64,000 bases of DNA from Dehalococcoidia bacterium (lineage in GTDB: Bacteria > Chloroflexota > Dehalococcoidia > Lucifugimonadales > UBA2962), in assembly GCA_965219325.1 (NCBI GenBank), contig OZ244723.1, positions 1,130,158-1,194,157 of the forward strand. The letters run 5' to 3'. The translations under genes were made by a program, and so were the position numbers. This document shows positions 28,834 through 38,300 of this stretch, one piece after another; position 1 is the stretch's first letter, and every line of letters starts with the position of its first letter. The notes beneath the pieces are model-generated. The model had not been told where the DNA came from. It was given only the letters and a program-made list of their open reading frames with translations, and did no database searches.

Positions 28834-30479
28834 GCACCGGGAGCCGGTCCCGGGCGATGCTGGCGCTGGCCGAGATGCCCCTGATCGATTGCCCGTCGCT
28901 GGCCGCAGTGTGCGGCATGGCTGAGCGCTCTGCCTACGAGGCCGTCGCCGGTCTCGAGCGGATCGGACTCGCCGCGCACGTCCCGCACACCACGAGCCTC
29001 CTCAACCCGACGCGGCGGTTCCATCTCACCGGCGCGGGGCTGAGGCTGCTGGCGCTGGAGCGGGATATTGCGCTTGACGAGGTGCTCGGGGCATACCCGG
29101 TCTCCCGCGCGTGGCGGCGGATCCTGCTCGAGAGACTCGATGCCGTGGCCGTCATATACAGGCTGGCGGCCGCGATCGCCGGGGAGCAGGGGCCGGTGGG
29201 GCTGCGCTGGTACAGGGCGCTCCCGCTGGACGCCGCGATCGTGCTCCCCGGAGGCCGGCCGGTCGGGGTGGTCAGGCAGGGACCGACCGCAGATCGGACG
29301 GGGTTTGCCAGGCGGCTGTGGAGGCTGCGCGAATTGCCGCGCATGAGTGGGGTACTGGTGCTCGCCTCCGACGAGATGCGTCTGCGCCACTCGATCAGGC
29401 TGCTCGCCGGCACGCCCCTGGTCTCCCTGGTCGCCCTGGAGAGGGACGCCGCAGGGGTGGGGCCGGGTGACCCGGTCTGGAAGCTGCCCTCGACCGCGGC
29501 CGCCATGGACCTTCGGCGCATGCTCTCTCACATCGAGAGGGCCGGTTCGCTTCCGGAGGAGAGGAGACTCTCACGGGCCTCCATGCCCGGGGACATCGCG
29601 GCCGACGGACCCGGGGATGACTTTCCCGCCTGCGTCCTGCCCGCGCTCCTTGGGTCCGCCGAGAAGCGCACGCTCGACATCCTGTTCGACTGGCCCTGGA
29701 TGGCGCAGAAGGACATGGCGGGTCTGCTGGGCGTCTCGGCCGCGCGCGCGTCCCAGCTCACGGCGTCCCTGGAGAGATTCGGCCTGGTCTCCCGCGCTCC
29801 CGACGCGGGTCGCCGCCTGGCGCTCACCGACCGTGGCCTCGGTCTGCTGGTCCGCAGGGACCGCGCGTCCTGGGGCGTTGCCAGGGGACGCTGGAGCATC
29901 TCGCCCGTCGACCCGGGCGAGCCGTTCTCCTGGCGCAATGTGTCCGGGGCCAGGAGCCGGCAGCTGCTCAGGAACCTTGCGCACACGGCAGCGGTACACG
30001 GCTTCATGGCCGCGCTGGCCGGACAGGCCCGGTCGTCCGGCTGGGAGGTGGTGCAGGTCGACCCGCCCACCCGGGCGTCGAGGTACTTCTGGCATGGGGG
30101 AACCCTGCGGTCCGTGCATCCCGACGCGTTCGGCATCCTGCGCAGGGGAGCCGAGACGTGGCCGTTCTTCCTGGAGTGGGAGCGGCGTGCGGTGAGGCCG
30201 GTCACGATGGCGGCGCGGCTCGCGCCCTATGTCCGTTACTACTCGACCCGCCGGCCCATCGACGACCACGGCGTGCGTCCCGCAGTCATGATCGTGTTCG
30301 ACGACGACCTGGCCGCTGCGGGCTTCCTCAGGGTGGCCCGCCGGGAGATCGAGGGGGCCGGGGTTTCGGTGCCCATCCTTGTTTCCGACAGGAGCACTGT
30401 GGACAGACTGGGGCCACTGGGTCCGGCGTGGCGCAAGGTTGGGGAGTGGTCATCCTGCCACGCTCTCCCCGCTGTTTAG
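28830..30479 (+). CDS. Replic_Relax (replication-relaxation) family protein with N-terminal wHTH repeats; putative relaxase
   Basis: ATGA overlap with the coupling-protein gene. C-terminal block ..LAHTAAVHGF...HPDAFGIL......WPFFLEWERR.. is as I know it for the replication-relaxation family. Confidence 0.7.
   Translation: MSTGSRSRAMLALAEMPLIDCPSLAAVCGMAERSAYEAVAGLERIGLAAHVPHTTSLLNPTRRFHLTGAGLRLLALERDIALDEVLGAYPVSRAWRRILLERLDAVAVIYRLAAAIAGEQGPVGLRWYRALPLDAAIVLPGGRPVGVVRQGPTADRTGFARRLWRLRELPRMSGVLVLASDEMRLRHSIRLLAGTPLVSLVALERDAAGVGPGDPVWKLPSTAAAMDLRRMLSHIERAGSLPEERRLSRASMPGDIAADGPGDDFPACVLPALLGSAEKRTLDILFDWPWMAQKDMAGLLGVSAARASQLTASLERFGLVSRAPDAGRRLALTDRGLGLLVRRDRASWGVARGRWSISPVDPGEPFSWRNVSGARSRQLLRNLAHTAAVHGFMAALAGQARSSGWEVVQVDPPTRASRYFWHGGTLRSVHPDAFGILRRGAETWPFFLEWERRAVRPVTMAARLAPYVRYYSTRRPIDDHGVRPAVMIVFDDDLAAAGFLRVARREIEGAGVSVPILVSDRSTVDRLGPLGPAWRKVGEWSSCHALPAV
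29962..30479 (+). repeat. direct repeat copy 1 (3' end of the relaxase gene); diverged copy at 49399..49915
   Basis: Encoded peptides are about 90% identical (..GWEVVQVDPPTRASRYFWHGG.. versus ..GWDVVQVDPPTRASRYFRHGG..). Confidence 0.8.
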
Positions 30480-30483
30480 GCTG

Positions 30484-30894
30484 TCAGCCGGGTATGGAAG
30501 CCACCGCGAGGAGGCCGCCGAGCCGGCTAGGCCCAGAGGCCGCAGGCCCAGGCCCGCCGCCCCGTCTCTGTTCGATTGGGCGCTCAGCCTGGAGCAGGAG
30601 AGGGAGCTGGTCGACGTGCCTGATGATGAACAGGTCGTCAAAGTTGGCCACGCGGAGCACCTGCTGAAGACGCCTCCGCATCTGAGGCGAGGGACTGCGC
30701 TTGCCGGACACAAGGTTGGACATGTAGCCCGACGAGGTGCCGACCAGCCGCGCCAGTGCGTTCTGGGAGATCTCGCGCCGGTCGAGAAGCCGCCACAGGG
30801 CTACGGCGTTCAACACGACGCGCGAGGACTGTTGCCTGCGCTCCTCTCCCGACTCACCGGACTCCGTTGGGAACAGACCGTCGAGTGAGCACAT
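30484..30894 (-). CDS. XRE-family HTH regulator
   Basis: ..LLDRREISQNALARLVGTSSGYMSNLVSGKRSPS..RRRLQQVL...FDDLF. Paralog of 52844..53119. Confidence 0.7.
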   Translation of the reverse strand: MCSLDGLFPTESGESGEERRQQSSRVVLNAVALWRLLDRREISQNALARLVGTSSGYMSNLVSGKRSPSPQMRRRLQQVLRVANFDDLFIIRHVDQLPLLLQAERPIEQRRGGGPGPAASGPSRLGGLLAVASIPG

Positions 30895-30980
30895 ACCATT
30901 TCCCCCTGCACGGCCATGTATGCGGCCCCTTTTTGCGTTTTCGGCCCTGCGGTCGTGGGCGCTGCCTGAGCGCCGACTCC

Positions 30981-31226
30981 CTAGTCGGTGAACAGGTGGG
31001 CGAGGCCCAGGGGTCTCGCCAGGGCCACCAGCGCCATCATGTTCCGCATGCTGGGGCGAGCCCGTCCCTTCCTCCAGCGCCGCAGCGTCTCGTGGTGGAC
31101 GTCGAGACGACGGGCGATCTCCGCCCACGACAGGCCCGACTCCTCCTTGAACCGCTCCAGCCGCTCCGGGAAGTCGTGGGGGACCTGGTAGGTAACTCTG
31201 CTGTGATAAATGCGCTGTCGCGGCAT
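30981..31226 (-). CDS. small HTH protein (81 aa), member of a five-copy family in this window
   Basis: MPRQRIYHS..VPHDFPERLERFKEESGLSWAEIARRLDVHHETLRRWRKG...LGLAHLF. Confidence 0.65.
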   Translation of the reverse strand: MPRQRIYHSRVTYQVPHDFPERLERFKEESGLSWAEIARRLDVHHETLRRWRKGRARPSMRNMMALVALARPLGLAHLFTD

Positions 31227-32306
31227 CGGTCCTTCCGGAAGACGGCTGCAAGCTCCCTCCTACGGGGATGTCCGGGGCCGTCCGATATCCCCAGGCAGGA
31301 CGGTATGCGGAACGCAAGCTCACGCGGTCAGCCCGTCCCGGAGTCCTGTGGGAGGCCGCCGCTCTGCTTGTCGGAGGGCTGGGGCGGCCTCCCCCAGCTT
31401 CATCCATGTGTGCGGGCTTTCTTGTTGCCCTTCCTGCGGGCGGGGTCCGCGCGGGTACGCGTACACCCGCGCGGACCTTCCTCTCCTCCCGACGCCACAT
31501 GCCATCAGGAATTATCCGGCGGATCGGGCCCTTCCACGCATGGCCCCTCACCGAGTTCGTTGACCGCCGCCACACCGAATTTGACGGGTCCCACATAGAC
31601 GATCTTGAAGTATTTGAAACCCGTCGGGGTGCCGTCGGGGTGCTCTGGTGGCGTGGTGGATCCAGGGTGCTCCACCTCGTATTCGTCCAGCAGGTAGCCG
31701 CCGCAGCCCTCGCTGGCTGAGCCGTAGATGCGGAACTCCGTGATCCATTGCGCGCCGGTTCCGGTCTCGTCCGGCGCGTCCCACGACACGATTTGCCCAC
31801 CAATGCCGCTGACGGGCGAGTAGGACACAGACACATTGCGGACCGCGCCCGGGATCTCCGAGGGGCCCAGACCACCGGGCGGAACGGCAACTGCCAGCAA
31901 AATTTCACGCACCGACAGCGTGTAGGTGCCTGGGTCCAAGCCCGCTACTTCCAGGTGGTAGATGCCGGTCGCGGTCGCCGTGTAGGTCAGTCGGCTGTTA
32001 AGTCCCTCGCCGCCGTCGTCGTCCTCACTGATGTAGTGGGAGACGTTGAAGGAGTCGCCGTAGAGCGCCAGGATCGGGTCCGCCTGGGAGCCGCGGCCGG
32101 TGTCCGCGCCCTCCAGGTCGAACCGGTATCGCTTGCCCGCCTCCAGATTGACACGGAACCCGTCCAAATCCTCGCCAGGGTCGATGTTGCCCGTGGCCGA
32201 GGCCCCGACCTCGACCCGGCCGGTGGTGGTGGTGTCTCTGGGAAAGTCCGTGTCGGCCTCCGAGGCGCCGTTCGCGCCCAGCACGATCACCGACAGCGTG
32301 TAGGTG
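31197..32306. repeat. about 1.1-kb near-identical direct repeat, copy 1 (HTH 5' end, 279-bp spacer, last 267 codons of the giant gene)
   Basis: Matches 40309..41418 at a constant offset of 9112 nt, with only a handful of mismatches read by eye. Confidence 0.85.
31444..31477 (-). terminator. 12-bp GC hairpin GGTCCGCGCGGG / CCCGCGCGGACC 30 nt downstream of the giant gene 1 stop; identical copy at 40556..40589
   Basis: Perfect inverted repeat read directly. There is no clear U-tract, so terminator function is uncertain. Confidence 0.4.
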
Positions 32307-35300
32307 CCGGTCATGGTGGCTGTGCCGGCCGCAGCTATGTAGTAGGTCCCGTCCGCCGTGGGCGTGTAGATAACCCGGCCGTTTTTGCCCACACCGCCAT
32401 CGTTGCTCCTCGCATCGGATATCGCCTGTCCTCCCGCATCATACAACCCCCAAAGAAACGGATCCGCCAAGTTGCCTCGGCCGGTATCCGCCCCCTCCAC
32501 GTCGAACTGGTATCGCTTGCCCTTCTTCAGCTCGACCGCGAACCAGTCGACGTCGGCGTCCCTATCGACGTTCCCCGTGACCGAGCCGCCCACCTCGACC
32601 TCGCCGGTGGTGGTGGTGTCGGCGGGCAGGTCTTCGCCGTCGGGCTCCGAGACGTTGGTGGGCAGGTCCGTGGCGCCCTCGGCGACCCCTTGCGCGGGGA
32701 CGGCCGCGCCGCTGACGCTGAACTTCGTATACTCGCCGCTTTCTCCCGACCAATCGCCTAGGTCGGTGTGACTACGGGTTAGCCGCGCACCGGCGACGCT
32801 CCATCCCGTCGAATCGTCGTCAGCGGACCCTGAAGCCGTTACGCGTAGGGTGAGATGCGCCCGAGCGCCGCTGTAGGACTGAACCACAAAGTACGTCGTG
32901 CCGGGGTCCAGTACCGTGCCCCCTGGGGCGTTGAACGTGTTGACGCCGGTGGCCCAGGTATCCGTGGAATGCGTCAGCGTGGCGACCGGGGCGTCGGGCG
33001 TCGGTGGGGAGTCGCTGGTCGCGGACCACAGCGAGACCGTGACGTCGGCCGGGGTTTTGGGGACCGTGTCCACATCCAAGCTGATGCTGGCCAGGAAGTA
33101 TCCGTAGCGATCTGAGCCGGTGGTGAACCCCTGGGCGTTCTCAAAATCGCCAACGATTATTGCAAAATTCAGGTTGTTGGCTTGCCCGAGGTTGGTCAGG
33201 AGGTCGGTGACGGAATCCGGGACATTGCCGGAATCGTCCGGGGGATCGTCGGGCGTCATCTCCGCCGCCCGCGTCACGGTCACCGTGTAGGTCTGCGTCG
33301 AGGTGTCGTCCTCGGCCGTCACCTTCACCTTGATGACGGTGTCGCCCACCTCCAGCGCCACCTGGAAGTCGTCCTCCATGTCGTCCGCGTCGTCGAGCTC
33401 GTTGTCGTCCGTGTCTAGAATCTCGACCGTCGCGCTGGCGTGGTTCGTGGTCGGCGTCACCGTCACCTCGTCGACGCTGTTGGCGACCGACGCCGTGTAG
33501 ATGGCCGTGCCCGAGGCGAAGGCCGGGCTCAGCGTCACCCCCATGCCCAGCGACAGCCCGCTCAGCGTCGCGTCCGTCGAGAGCGCCGTCGCGTCGTCGT
33601 CCTCGATGGTTCCCGTCGCGGTCGGGTCCGTCTCCAGCTTCGCGTTCGACGACGGGCTCGACAGCGTCACCGTGAAGGTCTCGTCGCCCTCCTCGGTGGC
33701 GTCGTTCACCACCGGCACCTCGAACGTTCCCGTCGTGTCGCCGATCGCGACGGTCACCGTCCCCGTCTTCGTCGCCCCGAGGTCCGCCGCGACCGCCGTG
33801 TCGCCGGCCTCGATCGACGCCGTCCAGGTCGCCGTCACGGCCGTCGCGGCCGCTTCCGACAGCGTCACCGTGAACTCCACTTCCCCATCGTTCTCGGCGT
33901 CCGAGGCATCCGCGACGCTCAGCGTCCGCGGGCGCACACGAATCGTGACGGTGTCCCCCGCAGACCAGGTCAGGCCCGACAGACCCCAAGAGTAGAGGCC
34001 GGTGGTGCTTTTCGTGGCACCGCTGAACTCGAATGGGGTGGCGGCGCCGTCGACCGTGAGCAGCAGGCCCGCCTTGTCATCGTCGGTGAGATCGGCGGTG
34101 AGCAAGACGTACAGGGTGCCCGTGGGGGTGGTCCCAGTTGGGACTTGGACGTAAGCGCCTTGGATCGTGTAGTCGTTGTCCCCGACCGAGAACACCGTTT
34201 CGTCAGGGTTGCCGGCAAGGCTGCCCGCGCTGAGGCCAGCTCCATCAGCAAAACCGTGTCCGACAAGCGCGTCGGCGGGGCTGGTCTTGATCTCTGCCAC
34301 CGTCACCGCGCCGCACCAGATGTCGCCGGTGTTCAGCGTGCACGGCGGCGGCTGCGTGATTTCACGCACCGACAGCGTGTAGGTGCCAGTAGTGGGGGCC
34401 GCGGTCTCGACAACCAGGTAGTAGGCGCCGGCCGCGGTCGGCGTGAAGACCAACTGGCTGTTTAGGTTCGCGGTGCTGATGTCGTCGTCTTCAGCAAGTT
34501 TGTTACTTCCAGACGCGTCGAAGATCTGTAGGAACGGGTCTCCCAGGGAGCCGCGGCCGGTCGGCGAACCCTCCAGGTCGAACTGGTAGGTCTTGCCGGC
34601 CTCCAGATCGACGCGGAACCAGTCTTTATCCGATGTGCTGGCGATGTTGCCCGTGGCCGAGGCCCCGACCTCGACGCGGCCAGAGGTCGTGTTGTCGGCG
34701 GGAAAGTCCGTGTCGGCCTCCGAGGCGCCGTTCGCGCCCAGCACGATCACCGACACCGTGTAGGTGCCGGTATCACTGGTTGCTGAGTCCGCGACCACGT
34801 AGTAGGTGCCGGTCGCCGTGGGCGTGTTGATAATCCGGGCGTTCTTGCCCACGCCCGCGTCATCGTTACCACTAATCAGGCTAGTCGCGTAGAGGCTTGC
34901 GGCCGGGTCCGGCAAGGTGCCGCGCCCGGTATCCGCCCCCTCCACGTCGAACTGGTATCTCGTGCCCGCCTCCAGTTCGACCTTGAACCAGTCTTTGTCC
35001 GTGCTAGGTTTGATGGCGCCCGTGACCGAGCCGCCCACCTCGACCTCGCCGGTGGTGGTGTTGTCGTTGGGAAAGTCGTCGCGCGTCACGGTCACCGTGT
35101 AGGTCTGCGTCGCGGTGCTGTCCTCGGCCGTCACCTTCACCTTGATGACGGTGTCGCCCACCGACAGCGCCACCTGGAAGTCGTCCTCCATGTCGTCCGC
35201 GTCGTCGAGCTCGTTGTCGTCCGTGTCCAGAATCTCGACCGTCGCGCTGGCGTGGTTCGTCGTCGGCGTCACCGTCACCTCGTCGACGCTGTTGGCGACC

Positions 35301-38300
35301 GACGCCGTGTAGGTGACCGTGCCCGAGGCGAAGGCCGGGCTCAGCGTCACCCCCGTGCCCAGCGACAGCCCGCTCAGCGTCGTTGGGCCGGTCGAGAGAG
35401 GTATCGCTTCGGTGCGCTGTTTGCCGTAAACGAGCATCTTCACCACCCAATTCTCGCCACTCCAGTTTGTTCCGTCCCTGGACTTCTGTGACTCATTGGC
35501 CACAAAGATGTTACTGTTCCCATCCTGGTCGTTGCTTGCTGTGTTCCGGAGTCGTATCCAACCGCCACTGAGACGTTGGATTACGATCGCATATCTCCCC
35601 TGTGGTCTGAGCGTCGTTCCTTCCGGCGCCGTGAATGCGTTGTCATGGCCTTCCCTGAACGCCGGTGGATCGCGAAAGTCGAACAGTTTTTCGTCGGGAA
35701 CCGGATCGCCGCCTCCTTCTTGTTTTCCGGTGTAAAGCGACACGATGATTTCGTCCGGGCTGTCCGGTATACCTGAGTCGGCGGATGCAATGTATTCAAG
35801 GGCCAATGCAACGCTGTGCAGTTTGAAGCCGATGAAGCTGTCAGCCCCCTGGATGACATTAAAACTCTGAGCCCACCAGTTATAGTTGTCTTCACCCACC
35901 TTAAAGTTGTCCTGATCACTCTCACTGGTGGTGTAGGTAAGCCGGTCGAGATCGTAGCCGTGGATCGTGAAGACAGGAATCCGCGTCGGGGTTTGCGTGA
36001 CGGAGTCCGGCCACGGGTCGTCGGGGTTGCTTAGATCCTGGTATCGCACGGCTGAGTTAAGGATCCACCAGTTGCTGTCAACGCGGCTTTGACCGTCCGC
36101 GTCAGTGTTCGTTATGTAATATTCCGTGCTGCCCGAGCCATCTGATTCGATGACCACGAAGTAGACCCTATCGTCGTGCAGGTAAAAGGGCTCGGGCGGA
36201 GTGAAGGTGTTGATTTGGTTGTTACCGTCTTTGAATGCCGATGGATTATCGAACTCGAAATATTTATTATTCGGTCGCCAATCATCATCTCCATCATCAT
36301 TACCACCTGGTCTATACCCGTCCCAAAGAGACACCGTAACGGGAACGACCGGCTTGGCGCTAAACATCAAATCGAGCGCGGTGAGCGCGTAGCCGCCAGT
36401 GTCATCGCCAATCTGAAAACCGACAGCGAAGCTGATTGATCCAACGGTGGTCTGCTCGAAGGTAGTGGTTTGCGTAGTGTTGCCCACCATTGCCGCCGCC
36501 GCCGTCGCCCGGTTGTTGATCGTGCCCGTCGCGGTGGTGTCCGTGGTCAGCGTCGCGTTATTCGGGTTTGAAATCGTCAGCGTGAAGGTCTCGGCGCTCT
36601 CGCTCGCGTCGTCCTCCGTCGTCTGGACCTCGATCGTCCCGGTGGCGGTATTGTCGGCCGCCGCGATGGTCAGCGTGCCGCTCTTCGTCGTGAAGTCCAC
36701 GCCCGAGGTGGCGTCGTCTCCGGTCGCCACCGACGTCGCGTAGTCCACCATCACGTCGCGGCCGCTCACCGCCGACAGCGTCACCACGAACTCCACCGCG
36801 TCACCCTCGGTCGCCGCCGCGTTGGCCACCGTCACGGTCGGCGTCGGGTCGTCGTCCTCGATGGTTCCCTTCGCCGTCGGGTCCGTCTCCAGCTTGGCGT
36901 TCGACGACGGGCTCGACAGCGTCACCGTGAAGGTCTCGTCGCCCTCGTCGGTGGCGTCGTTCACCACCGGCACCGTAAACGTTTCCGTCGTGTCGCCGAT
37001 CGCGACGGTCACCGTCCCCGTCTTCATCGACCCGAGGTCCGCCGCGGCCGCCGTGTCGCCGGTCTTGATCGAGGCCGTCCAGGTCGCCGTCACCTCCTCT
37101 GTGGCCGCTTCCGACAGCGTCACCGTGAATTCCACTTCCCCATCGTTCTCGGCGTCCGAGGCATCCGCGACGCTCAGCGTCCGCGGGCGCCGCACACGAA
37201 TCGTGACGGTGTCCCCCGCAGACCAGCTCAGGCCCGACAGACCCCAAGAGTAGAGGCCGGTGGTGCCTTTCGTGGCACCGCTGAATGCGAACGTGGTGGC
37301 GGCGCCGTCGACCGTGAGCACCAGGCCCGCCTTGTCATCGTCGGTGAGGTCGGCGCTGAGCAAGACGTACAGGGTGCCCGTGAGGGTGGTCCCAGTTGGG
37401 ACTTGGATATAAGCGGCACTGATCGTGTAGTCGTTGTCCCCGACCGAGAACATCGTGGCGTCAGGGTAGCCGGCAAGGCCGCCCGCGCTGAGGCCAGCTC
37501 CATCAGCAAAACCGTGTCCGACAAGCATGTCGGCGCTAGACTTGAGCTCTCCCACCGTCACCACGCCGCACCAGATGTCTCCGGTGTTCAGCGTGCATGG
37601 CGGCGTCGTGATGTCACGCACCGACAGCGTGTAGGTGCCCGTCCCCCCGGTGACCCCGCTAACCGCTACCAGGTAGTAGGTGCCGGCCGCGGTCGGCGTG
37701 TAGACGGTCTGGCTGTCGTAGATGTCGTTAGAGGGGTCGACATCGTCATTCTCGGTGCCGTCAATCTCGGTGCCGGATGAGTCGCGGATATTGAGCAGAT
37801 AAGGGTTTTCCAAGGTGCCGCCGCCGCCACCAATGCCCTTCAGGTCGATCTGGTAGGTCTTGCCCGCCTCCAGATCGACGCGGAACCAGTCATAGTCATT
37901 GGCGATGCCGATGTTGCCCGTGGCCGATGCGCCGACCTCGACGCGGCCAGAGGTCGTGTTGTCGGCGGGAAAGTCCGTGTCGGCCTCCGAGGCGCCGTTC
38001 GCGCCCAGGAGGATCACCGACAGCGTGTAGGTGCCTGTAAGATTGTCATTGATTTCGGTCACCACTGGGTAGAAGTCGCCGGACGCGGCCGGGGTGTAGA
38101 TCATCCGGGCGTTGGCGCCCACGCCGCTGTTGTCGTCGCCCTGTTGGCCGTTGTCACCCTGAAGCTGGCTCCCGATATTGTCGTAGAGGCCCAGGTGCGG
38201 GTCCGCCAGGGTGCCCCGGCCGGTGTCCGCGCCCTCCAGATCCAACTGGTATCGCGTGCCCGCCTCCAGTTCCACTTTGAACCGGTCGTAGTCGCCGACC

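Noticed and set aside
30484-31908. 474-aa minus-strand ORF spanning the XRE gene, the HTH gene region and the giant gene 3' end (twin at 40277..41020).
   Set aside because: Only its last 136 codons (30484..30894) form a credible XRE gene with its own start. The rest is an open off-frame run through other features.
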